The notes beneath the pieces are model-generated. The model saw only the letters and a list, made by a program, of their open reading frames with translations. It ran no database searches and was not told where the DNA came from. Below are positions 7,401-13,406 of a stretch of 20,000 bases of DNA, one piece after another. The position numbers and the translations under genes are program-made. Positions within the stretch are counted from its first letter, which is position 1; every line of letters begins with the position of its first letter. Location of the stretch: the IMG/VR virus record IMGVR_UViG_3300035698_005334, one strand, 5' to 3'. This stretch comes from an uncultured virus (IMG/VR IMGVR_UViG_3300035698_005334). Lineage: Duplodnaviria > Heunggongvirae > Uroviricota > Caudoviricetes.

Positions 7401-10314
7401 CGGTTTTGGCCCCATCATCTGTTGGATCAGCAGCCCCGTCTCCTGCGCTTTCTCCGTCAGGTGCTTCTCCAGTTCGTTCGTCGACTGTAGATCCTTCATC
7501 ATCTTGGGCGCTTTCTCCGACATCGCCTGCAAGTACGTCGTCTTGAAGCTCTGCATCGTCTGTCCTTTCGGTTTCTTTAGCCGTTACGGGGATTCCCGGT
7601 TCGGGCTCAGCCTCTACTGGCTCATACGTCCGGTCCCTCTCGTTACTGAGACGATTGACGCTAATCGATCCATCAGGGGACATCTGGACCGGCTCGGTGT
7701 GGCGGACACCATCCTGAACAACGGAACGAACGCCTCTGTGATCCTCAAAGACGTCGTGACCGTTCTCGTTGACGCCTAGTTTTACCCATCCTTCTGCGCG
7801 AGGGGTCTCTTCCTCTACTGGGGCAGTGTCTTGTTCCTCGACAGGTTCTCCAAATTCATCGCCGTCTTCAGCGCTCTCCGTCTCATCGACGGGGCTATTT
7901 TCTTCTTCTGCTTCAGTGCTGCTCTCAGTCGGTACGCCCTCGTCGGTGACTTCATTGGTGGGTTCCTCTATTTCAGACAGGATCTCGTCGGCGTCCGCGT
8001 CCAAGTGCCGTTGGATCGCTTCCGCTGCATCACCGTCGGCAGGCGTCATCGCCGCGATCTGCGCGATCTCGTCATCCGTAAGATCAACTTCAATGCCTTG
8101 GGCGGTCTCACCAAGGCGGATGCGATTGTCTTCGATCTCGTCATCGGTCATCGCGAGGGGATCGGGCTCGGCTTGCTCCCCTTCAATAGCGCCATCCATT
8201 TCCTCAACCGACAATGTTTTGTTGCTGGTTGGGCTGAACGGTGTCTTCGGCATATAACGGTCTGGATTGAAACCGGCCTCATCCAGAGCGCGACGTATTA
8301 CTTCTCGTCCTGACTCGCCGAACGGTTCGTCCTCGATCAAGGCGCGCAGATCGTCGAAATCTCTGTCGCCTATTAAAGTTCGGGCCTGATCCCTGAGAGA
8401 TTCAAGTTCGGCTTGTGTCTCATCAACCGCGTCTTTTTGAGACACAACGTCATTTGTCTCTTTTGCACGAGACTCAATCGCCGCCTTCTCAACGAGACCG
8501 TTGATCTCGGCATCGTAGATATTGGCGGCTTCCTCGCCCTGTTCGGCGCGGATCTCCTCGACCGTATCGTCGATAGCCTCGTTCCGGACATTGCCTTGTT
8601 TGGTGAAGTCTTGCGCAGCGCGCTTATACAGCGCGGCCGTATCAAGCTCATCGGTCTCTTCCGGCGCTACGACGTCATCGGGAATTGGGGGCCCATCGTC
8701 TTCTGGCAGTAGCCGTGCGCGCTGTCCGCCCGTCTCCATGTTGGCCTCAACCTGGGCACCGCCTGGGAGAATATCGCCGTCGGGGACGTCCTGCCATTCC
8801 TCGGTCAGCTCGAAGGGAATAGTGACCGATTCCGTTTCCTCGCCCATCTGCCCGGCGATAGCGGACTTGTGGTCGCCGTTCGCTTTCCACTCGTTCCATT
8901 CGTCGATCGTTAGTTCGGTGACGTCCTGTCGACGGGCTGGGCCCTTGCCGTCCGTGAACGACCTGTCGTATGCCGCCTCGGCCTCGGCCTTGCTCTTTGC
9001 GCCCGCGAAAACTTTATGTTCGTCAAATTCTCCGGTTTCTAGGTTCTTCTGATCGACGACATAAACGTTGTCGCTTTGCAGGTCATCCATGACGTGGATA
9101 TCAAGCGGATCGCCATCTGCACCCTCGGTCCCTTTTATATAACCATAATCATTATAGACGGGAGATTCCCACTGCGGCGGGACGTTGTTCTTGTCGCGGC
9201 GGATCGAACCCTTCTCGTTCTCAATCGCGACCTCGGTCCCTTCCAGCTTGCCCTTCAAGGACATGTGAACCTTCTGGTAATTCCCAGCGTTCGCCTGTCC
9301 TGGCGTCGGTTCGGCTGGGGTCGTCGGCGCATTCTTGATGTCTTCGGCGCTCGTTGCCTTGACCGGATCCGCTTTCGTACCCGTCCCAGTCGCCTCAGAG
9401 CCCGCCAGAGCGCCTTCGATCTCGTCGGGCGTGCTTGCACCCGGCAACGCCTTGTCAGGCATCAGGCCCGACGCGCCGCCCATCATCGTGCCACCTAGAA
9501 AGCCTGCCGCCGATGCGTTCGCGATGCGGGACAGTACCTCGGCCGACTTGGGAACGAAGCCGTGAACCTTCTCGGCCTCTATCGCGAGCGCTTCTTGGCT
9601 TCCTTCCGTGGCAGTCTCGATAACCGCGCCCTTCGCGGCCTCGCCTGTCACACGTCGCGCCACACGACGAGGGTCAGGCACTCCCTTACCCATACGCATT
9701 AGACGACCAACGGCCTTGATCGGGAGAAGGGAGTCGAGCGCGCCACCGGCAGCGCCGTACTTCACGGCAGTGTCCGCACGCTCATTCAGGGGAACGCCCA
9801 ACTCAGCAAGATTGGCATTCACTTCGCCCGCGTTGAGGAGGGTGGACGCGGCAAACCCTCCACCGATCGCGCCGATAGGACCAGCGACAACGCCGCCCGC
9901 CAGTGCGCCCGCAACCGACGTCCCCATGGATGGGATTAGGTTCCCAGCTTGGAACGCCGACCACTTACCCGCCCGCGTAAGCGTATCGATAACGTCTTTG
10001 CCGGGGATGTCTTCGAGCGTCGGGACTGCGCCCTGATACTGCTCGGCTTCCCGTGTGTTGCGCTCACGGATCTCAGCGCCCTTCTGACGGAGGTAATCGC
10101 TGTTGATCTTCTCGCCCGCAATCTCAACAGCACTACCGCCCGCGCCTTGGGCGAAATCAACGCCGCCCTTCAAGCCTTTGACGAATTCCCCGTCTTCGCC
10201 TTCGCCTTCAGGTGCTCCCGTGCGGAAGAGTTCTTCGCCTGAGACCCCACTGGTTCCCGCATTAGCAAGAGCGCCGCCTCCGAATACCTCTTCCGCACTA
10301 AACGTTCGTGCCAT
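1..10314 (-). CDS. Giant polyvalent DarB-like virion/ejection protein (pyrophosphatase, N6-adenine MTase, SF2 helicase, zincin metallopeptidase, helical C-terminal region); 3' end truncated, at least 3438 aa
   Basis: Hand translation from ATG at 10314 (MARTFSAEEVFGGGALANAG...; AAGGT about 8 nt upstream; previous gene stops at 10326) to ...MGLLNTGHKIWRFWHKIGAASE at base 1 found no in-frame stop. It is presumably absent from the ORF track because it has no stop in the window. In-frame motifs: DGDPLDI, FEPGMGIG, GNPPF, HAVGAGKT, DEAH, QRNGRSLRQGN, HEIIH. Confidence 0.95.
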   Translation of the reverse strand, partial: MARTFSAEEVFGGGALANAGTSGVSGEELFRTGAPEGEGEDGEFVKGLKGGVDFAQGAGGSAVEIAGEKINSDYLRQKGAEIRERNTREAEQYQGAVPTLEDIPGKDVIDTLTRAGKWSAFQAGNLIPSMGTSVAGALAGGVVAGPIGAIGGGFAASTLLNAGEVNANLAELGVPLNERADTAVKYGAAGGALDSLLPIKAVGRLMRMGKGVPDPRRVARRVTGEAAKGAVIETATEGSQEALAIEAEKVHGFVPKSAEVLSRIANASAAGFLGGTMMGGASGLMPDKALPGASTPDEIEGALAGSEATGTGTKADPVKATSAEDIKNAPTTPAEPTPGQANAGNYQKVHMSLKGKLEGTEVAIENEKGSIRRDKNNVPPQWESPVYNDYGYIKGTEGADGDPLDIHVMDDLQSDNVYVVDQKNLETGEFDEHKVFAGAKSKAEAEAAYDRSFTDGKGPARRQDVTELTIDEWNEWKANGDHKSAIAGQMGEETESVTIPFELTEEWQDVPDGDILPGGAQVEANMETGGQRARLLPEDDGPPIPDDVVAPEETDELDTAALYKRAAQDFTKQGNVRNEAIDDTVEEIRAEQGEEAANIYDAEINGLVEKAAIESRAKETNDVVSQKDAVDETQAELESLRDQARTLIGDRDFDDLRALIEDEPFGESGREVIRRALDEAGFNPDRYMPKTPFSPTSNKTLSVEEMDGAIEGEQAEPDPLAMTDDEIEDNRIRLGETAQGIEVDLTDDEIAQIAAMTPADGDAAEAIQRHLDADADEILSEIEEPTNEVTDEGVPTESSTEAEEENSPVDETESAEDGDEFGEPVEEQDTAPVEEETPRAEGWVKLGVNENGHDVFEDHRGVRSVVQDGVRHTEPVQMSPDGSISVNRLSNERDRTYEPVEAEPEPGIPVTAKETERTDDAELQDDVLAGDVGESAQDDEGSTVDERTGEAPDGESAGDGAADPTDDGAKTDDGPGEGGEGSGLGADDGVSRDDDSLVAGENHRIEPGSLDETRGWKTKARDNLSAIRLVREIEAEGRPATKGEQSRIAKYVGWGGIANAFPNDKGEFGKGFDDIGTELRDLLTDTEYATARRSIQYAHYTSEAIVRSMWTGVERMGFKGGQVFEPGMGIGNFLGMAPDGVNIDYSGLELDHMTARIARLLYPNSGVRRDDFTEAPLPENQYDLVIGNPPFSDTVIKSDPKYAARGFMLHDYFFAKSLDSVRPGGLLAFITSAGTMNKISTDAREYLAERADLAGSIRLPGNAFEKNAGTAVTTDIIFLRKKVEGEELSAVDGIALPEQWVGTVERTLPNKEGVPTKGQVSKWFSDNPSLVIGEEGFFDRLYPGRYGVRWTEKFSYTKPLAVAIDSLPQNVMSERLNPHDTAVADFGTSERKEGSFYVGRDGNLLQMNEGIGREVPKRGKGVKGGKTAKDIEVIKSLIPIRDSLRAVYEADLAEDGENASKARKRLNEEYDAYIADNGPINTEVRSFRRPSIVEQEVARAEAREEARYAGTPFDEGTFNAIDIVQLAEDNLQKRPTMAQMARMRKDARENHTGTETWSEGTFDSEGMSDKVVVKRPNIDAFMDDPESYRIRAVEHYDSVTDEAKKSLVFTENVVSRDPEPQIDSVGDAVMHVMNTQGRFILSEVAAMAKKSEDAVTAELGEKIYMDPSSKEWVTAEEYLSGNVRKKLRIATAEADRNPAIKRNVSALEDSQPIPLPYTDIAASIGMPWIPESVVQQFGTEALGLDTVRAKYQSKIGQWFISGDMKSVAAVDTWGTKHMPATKLMQFAANRKDPKIFDQVMGENGKLKPVLNPELTQAAQDKLAEIKIKFREWIWEDDARRLELAESYNEKFNSLVVREYSGDYLTTPGISREWSWRPHQTSVVARIIQSGNTYMAHAVGAGKTSAMIGAGMEMKRLGLVNKPMYAVPNHMLGQFTKEFYEQYPTARIAVADDRAFHTSRRRQFMANAALSDLDAVIITHSSFKQIPISGSFEGEFIKEQIAEYREVLAMIPDDEDNRYTRKQVENRIEKFEQQLKGGGASKGDGVFTFEEMGVDFLFVDEAHLFRKLDFATTMQNIKGIDSNGSQASWDLYVKTRYLETIKPRRNLVFASGTAVTNTMAELFSVSRYMDTPMLRENGIESFDAWAASFGDTVTELEQNPAGGYKSVTRFGQFVNMPELSLIVRQTMDVVTSKQLGQYVTRPELEGGKREMVIAPSTPAIKAYQETLGNRMLAIENRGRPAAKGEDIILSVIGDGRKSAIDMRLVDAKLKGDPDSKLNMLVDSVFEIWESTKLQPFHEAGPDGYSVDPVDVGPATQMVFSGLGIHGKEFSTHKYIAAELHRRGVPKSEIALFGDYKRAVDKQRLFNDMNEGTKRVLIGSMSMATGVNAQRRLYASHNLDPLWFPAEDEQRNGRSLRQGNMNPFIRIRDYSTKGTYDSQMWHLMEKKARFIQQFFEGDPEMRNMEDLGEAGQYQQAKALSTSDERVMILTEAQQDLEKAERRKSAFARQQHGIQDRVSRAHRAIVRYDETIPKIEKDIEQSVDTAGAAFTGKIQGAAYDERVKFGERLLGEILRVIDLKQVVDDQVVGEIGGFPLAINTREYKEFGKKTTTFEGWATIIRNDDRSSDADSSSALGITQKLENIVSRLPEELADSIEDREQYKNEVEQFEPLLDKKFEGDAELAELRNKVWTLEEELEKGAAAVETPWQDALLGTDVDPDNAWRLAMSYSTGTGLTPAAEASWPDIRDRVNEIFETMAPEGTTLEIKDRLFGEGESLVRSGMETGDRAEIAGQYLYESDIIRVAMRADDPVESVRHEIIHALRKFFTPQEWALLEREAGAWKEHWGVEDLEEATAYEFGAFRRGETRKRLPVITRMFKKATQFLNRVANMMHGLGFQTYEDVFLSVESGEVSQRTPSDIEGGGRDSYSIGSMMASVAKMDSDHRVRGTDTQEAAMEHGMGQKETGFFEQVRRAVDWWKKRGVASMRQGFLDQWDAVKQLELNSLGSIPDAMASAYKAVRMTTNIHSVMASVLREGPLEVYTNDQGDKWFKTRKGFEGGFEAIFMDLAKAGTLHLWKGWAIANRANRLKGETGRDGKSRENRMSQEQIDELLKLGDQYPEFQQVLDRWMEFNRAMLDMAEQSGVINKEQRAVWEHADYVPFYRLLEDDTQSPNTGQSGGVEGQRSGVQYLTGRDEKVNDVLENMILNMTHLVDASMKNMAMQKVEALALDAGVMEKLGRAYKPALIPPAQIKEKIAEWMEIDPDDLDLSDVEMNSLVQMMQIAAPTGPDVVSVMREGKILYRRVTDPMLLRSLTSLHQSQLGGIMVAFRMAKRVLTESVTLDPAFMVANVLRDTMSAWVVSGQKGLIPGVDTVKGFKKAIMGSASLTSIMSAGGGSGGFYDITPGSVRKQLDEKLRGDSKMGLLNTGHKIWRFWHKIGAASE
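1560..2100 (-). other. Zincin-like metallopeptidase domain of the giant protein
   Basis: AEIAGQYLYESDIIRVAM...VRHEIIHAL (HExxH at 1878..1864), followed by DLEEATAYEF (candidate third Glu ligand) and a helical MFKKATQFLNRV segment. Confidence 0.8.
2880..4700 (-). other. SF2 (SNF2-like) helicase/ATPase domains of the giant protein
   Basis: WRPHQ Q-motif; Walker A HAVGAGKT (4629..4606); Walker B LFVDEAH (DEAH 4140..4129); motif III ASGTAVTN; MATGVNAQ; motif VI QRNGRSLRQGN (3093..3061). Confidence 0.95.
6460..7260 (-). other. N6-adenine DNA methyltransferase domain of the giant protein (motif I before motif IV)
   Basis: KARDNLSAIR...KYVGWGG, AHYT, SAM-binding FEPGMGIG (6945..6922), GLELD, catalytic NPPF (6753..6742), HDYFFAKSLD, RLPGNAF, TDIIFLRK. 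This series is typical of DarB-like MTase-helicase fusions. Confidence 0.95.
7320..7556 (-). CDS. Nested out-of-frame 78-aa helical protein, TnpV-like, wholly inside the giant gene
   Basis: ATG start with GAAAGGA 6 nt upstream and TAG stop. The product has normal globular, amphipathic composition (MQSFKTTYLQAMSEKAPKMMKDLQSTNELEKHL...EREAKEVVWAQMMEFPE), while the host frame here is low-complexity D/E/G. TnpV resemblance is from memory. Confidence 0.72.
   Translation of the reverse strand: MQSFKTTYLQAMSEKAPKMMKDLQSTNELEKHLTEKAQETGLLIQQMMGPKPTMAQEREAKEVVWAQMMEFPEMTTAL
7563..7569 (-). promoter_or_regulatory. Putative Shine-Dalgarno for the nested 78-aa ORF
   Basis: Minus strand reads CTAAAGAAACCGAAAGGA-CAGACG-ATG. 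Confidence 0.65.
7815..7955 (-). CDS. Possible second nested small ORF (46 aa, basic) in an acidic linker of the giant gene
   Basis: AGAGGAA-CCCACCA-ATG, then MKSPTRAYRLRAALKQKKKIAPSMRRRALKTAMNLENLSRNKTLPQ-TAG. Same frame as the 78-aa ORF and below the ORF-track size cut-off. Confidence 0.4.
   Translation of the reverse strand: MKSPTRAYRLRAALKQKKKIAPSMRRRALKTAMNLENLSRNKTLPQ
8880..9310 (-). other. Inorganic pyrophosphatase (InPase, polyvalent-protein type) domain of the giant protein
   Basis: PTPGQANAGNYQK...IENEKGSIR...DYGYIKGTEGADGDPLDI...VVDQ...FDEHKV...EWNEW. DGDPLDI (9117..9097) fits the family I PPase D-x-D-P-x-D signature. Confidence 0.88.
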
Positions 10315-10325
10315 GGAGCATTACC

Positions 10326-12497
10326 TTATGTTGGTTGGGGAACGAGAGCGCCGGTTTGTGCTTGCGGTGGGGGATCGAACTTCCCTTCGCCTGCGTACTT
10401 CGCGGTTATCCCGTTCATCTTGTAATTATTCCCGGGAACCATGCCCTTGTAATTAATCTGCCCGTCTTTCATGGGCATAGGCGTGCTGGGAGATTTACCC
10501 TCGGCAATGTCTTCCGCCCGTCGCTGGGCACCCTGATAGTCAATCTCGCCAAGCCCGTCCTTGCCTTGGGCCTTGATGTCGGCCGCATAAGCGTCAGCCA
10601 TGACCTTCTTCTTAAACTGACTGGCATCTTGGAAATACTTGGACCGAGCGAGGGCGTGCTTCGCCTTCGAACTTGTAAGGCTGGTCAGAACCGTTGCCGC
10701 CTTCAACGCGCTGTCGTATGACTTCCCGCTTGCCCTGGTGCGAGCCGAGTCACGAGCCGCCCGGTGTTTCTGATTGGCAAGCCCGGCGTCACCAATAGCC
10801 TGCAACGCGGAACGTCCGGGCTGCGCGGCCATCATGTTTAGGCCCAAATTGAGCATGGTGTCGTTCCGGTCGCTCTTGTCCTGCTTCGCCTGGGCTTCCG
10901 GCGACAACGCCCCTTGTCGTTCCAACAGCGCGAGGATCTTGTCCTCGAAGCTTACGCCACCGGCACCGTTGGTTTTTAGACCTTGCTCGCCAGCGCCAGA
11001 TAACGCGCCTTGCTGTGAATCGTCGGCATTAAGCTCATCGTTATCCGTCGGGCCGGTCTGTCGACTATTCTGCGTGCCGGGGTTCGCTGCTCCCGGCGCG
11101 CTTTGCGCGGTGGAAGGCGTTACCGGGGTGGTGCCCGTCAACTTATCGACTGCGGGCCCGACCTTGCTGGCCAATGCCCCCATTTCCCCAGTGGCATCTT
11201 TCCATGCTTTGTTGCCCGTTCGCTTGGCGGCTTCGTACCAATCGGAACCGTATTTCGCAGCAGCCGCGCCTGCTTCAGGGAAGTTTTTCTTAATCACCCT
11301 ACCAGCGGCATCGATAGGATTTTTCTTCAACGTCCGCTGAGTAGCGTCGAGACCTTCACGGGCCCGTGACTCCAACGAGTCACTGTCCGCGCCGACAGAC
11401 TCCCCGCGCTGCGGAACCCCATTCCTTACCGCATCATTGCCCTGCATGTTCGAGGGCCCGTTTGTATTGCGATTAAAGGCATCCATCGAAAATGTCGGCA
11501 TCGGCATACCCGGACGGGCCGGTGGCGCTGTGGCTGTCGTCGGTAAGGATGCGGTCGGACCACCAGCCGCGAACCTGTTGGCCGACAAATCTCGCGCGGA
11601 GAACTCTCCGGGGTTCGCGTTCTGAATGGTCGGGTTCGGATTGTTCGCACCAAACCCGGGACGCCCGCCTTGAAGCGCCCCGGTCACACCGGCCATTTTC
11701 TGACGGAGAGCAACAGGGTCAACGGAACCGTCCTTCGGAGCCACCGGTGGCATCTGCTGTGCCATTGGATCCTGTGCGGGACCGCCCATCATCGTCCCAC
11801 GGCCAGGAACGCCAGGGATCTGCGGGTTCTTCAACTCCGCCAACTGTTTGGCGCTAATTTTCTCAAGGTTGGTTTGGACCCCTTGCAGGTAGCTCCGGGT
11901 GCCTGAATTCATATCAGCGGGCTTGGCACCACCCTTGATCCACTTGTCCGTCGCGCCGGGGCCCATGTTGTAAGCAGCAAGAGCCTTCGGAAGATCGTTA
12001 TCGTACTTCTTCATTTGCTTCGCGAGGTAGGCTGCGCCACCCATGATGTTTTGACGGGGATCCATGCGATCCGTAACGCCCATCTCTGCCGCCGCTTCCT
12101 CGTGCAACTGCATGGGTCCAACGGCTTTGCCACCATCACCCTTTGCGGTGTTGGGGGACTTTTCGCCGCCCGATTCCCGCATCTGCACAGCTTTTATGAT
12201 CTGAGGATCTATGCCGTATTTTTTACCGGCCTCATCGAAGATCGTGTCGTAGTCGGACGGGCCCGTAATATCGAACTCATCTCCTTGATCGTCAGCGCTG
12301 GCCTTCCCCGCGTGCTCTTGGATCTTCGCCATGGCAGCTTGGTGCAGAGCGCCGCCCAGCAACTTATCTGTCTCGCGCGGCTGTACCGGCCTCCCCGGGA
12401 CTTCGGGCGCGGCCGGTGGGCCTCCGCCTGCATTGATACCTGGGCCTGCCATCTGAGGAATACCTTGGCCCTGCGGAATTTGTGATCCGATCGGCAT
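10326..12497 (-). CDS. Virion-associated lytic transglycosylase (SLT domain) / internal ejection protein, 723 aa
   Basis: SLT motifs IIKAVQMRES (catalytic Glu about aa 108), GPMQL, NIMGGAAYL and ALAAYNMGPG. The rest is Gly/Pro/Ala/Gln-rich. AAGGGG lies upstream of the ATG. Confidence 0.88.
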   Translation of the reverse strand: MPIGSQIPQGQGIPQMAGPGINAGGGPPAAPEVPGRPVQPRETDKLLGGALHQAAMAKIQEHAGKASADDQGDEFDITGPSDYDTIFDEAGKKYGIDPQIIKAVQMRESGGEKSPNTAKGDGGKAVGPMQLHEEAAAEMGVTDRMDPRQNIMGGAAYLAKQMKKYDNDLPKALAAYNMGPGATDKWIKGGAKPADMNSGTRSYLQGVQTNLEKISAKQLAELKNPQIPGVPGRGTMMGGPAQDPMAQQMPPVAPKDGSVDPVALRQKMAGVTGALQGGRPGFGANNPNPTIQNANPGEFSARDLSANRFAAGGPTASLPTTATAPPARPGMPMPTFSMDAFNRNTNGPSNMQGNDAVRNGVPQRGESVGADSDSLESRAREGLDATQRTLKKNPIDAAGRVIKKNFPEAGAAAAKYGSDWYEAAKRTGNKAWKDATGEMGALASKVGPAVDKLTGTTPVTPSTAQSAPGAANPGTQNSRQTGPTDNDELNADDSQQGALSGAGEQGLKTNGAGGVSFEDKILALLERQGALSPEAQAKQDKSDRNDTMLNLGLNMMAAQPGRSALQAIGDAGLANQKHRAARDSARTRASGKSYDSALKAATVLTSLTSSKAKHALARSKYFQDASQFKKKVMADAYAADIKAQGKDGLGEIDYQGAQRRAEDIAEGKSPSTPMPMKDGQINYKGMVPGNNYKMNGITAKYAGEGKFDPPPQAQTGALVPQPT

Positions 12498-12511
12498 AAT
12501 AAAACCCCTTG

Positions 12512-13405
12512 TTATCCTGAGAAGGAACCGTAGATCGATGCAGCCGCCAGACCGGCACCAGCCGCCTGGGAAAGGCCGCTCGACTGATCTGTGAACCGCT
12601 GACCGTCAGTCGTTGAATTGGTCGTCTTGTTGTGCGGAACGCCTTGAAGCGCACCCAGGACGAAGTTGAGGTTTTCGTAAGGCCAGTTACGTTCCTCAAG
12701 GAAGTCGCCGTATGCGGTGTCGAGAGAAGCCTGTTCAAGGCTCTGCTGCTGCGCCCCGGTAGCGCTAAGATTGAGGACATCGGCTGTGCCAAGAGCCCCG
12801 GTATTTTGAGCGATTGATTCGTAATTGTCTGAACCGGACAGAGACGCCTTCCTGTCGAGATCAAACCGCGCGGCACCGGACTCGTATCCGGTATGCGCGC
12901 CCTTCAATGCTAGATCCGCAGAGCTTTCGAGGAACTGCTCATCATCGAGCGAATCTCTGATCCCATGTCGGGCTCCGCCATACGCTCCGGCAGATACAGC
13001 ATCCGCGTCACGAAACTTTGCCATACGCTGGTATTGGTCTTCGAGGTTCCCCATTGCGATATCCGTCACGCCCTGCTGATAGGGGTTCAAATACCCTTCC
13101 CTCTGCTGATCGGAGATCGTGTTCCACTGTTGGGTTCCCTGGTCGGTCAGAAAGCCAGCCTGATCTAACGCTGGCTGGAAGTTTCCGACATTGTCCCGCG
13201 TAAGCTGGAACGCTGATTGTTGATCGTCGTTGAACCCGGCAACACGCGGATCCGTATAGACCGGATATTCCTGCTGACCGATCTCCTTCGCCTGCTCGAA
13301 CAACTGCTCGCCGCCAGTCGAGATGTACTCGGGTAGCTCGGTGACGTTATTAATCGTCGTCGTCTCTGGCTGTGCGGTAGGCTCGCTCTCGCAGAAAAAG
13401 GCCAT
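12512..13405 (-). CDS. Pilot / DNA-transfer (ejection) protein, 297 aa
   Basis: Gln/Ala/Gly-rich with RVAGF..DQQSAF, YLNPYQQGV, AGAYGGARHG and a C-terminal Gly/Ala hydrophobic tail (LSQAAGAGLAAASIYGSF). Lies between the GNAT-like and transglycosylase genes. Confidence 0.7.
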   Translation of the reverse strand: MAFFCESEPTAQPETTTINNVTELPEYISTGGEQLFEQAKEIGQQEYPVYTDPRVAGFNDDQQSAFQLTRDNVGNFQPALDQAGFLTDQGTQQWNTISDQQREGYLNPYQQGVTDIAMGNLEDQYQRMAKFRDADAVSAGAYGGARHGIRDSLDDEQFLESSADLALKGAHTGYESGAARFDLDRKASLSGSDNYESIAQNTGALGTADVLNLSATGAQQQSLEQASLDTAYGDFLEERNWPYENLNFVLGALQGVPHNKTTNSTTDGQRFTDQSSGLSQAAGAGLAAASIYGSFSG

Positions 13406-13406
13406 G

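Noticed and set aside
8373..8651. 92-aa minus-strand ORF in the same shifted frame as the nested gene
   Set aside because: Arg/Ser/Pro-rich, no convincing SD, and it overlaps a helical-looking part of the host frame.
158..10721. Many plus-strand ORFs in the track across the giant gene
   Set aside because: Antisense shadows of a GC-rich coding strand, with no recognisable motifs or consistent RBS.
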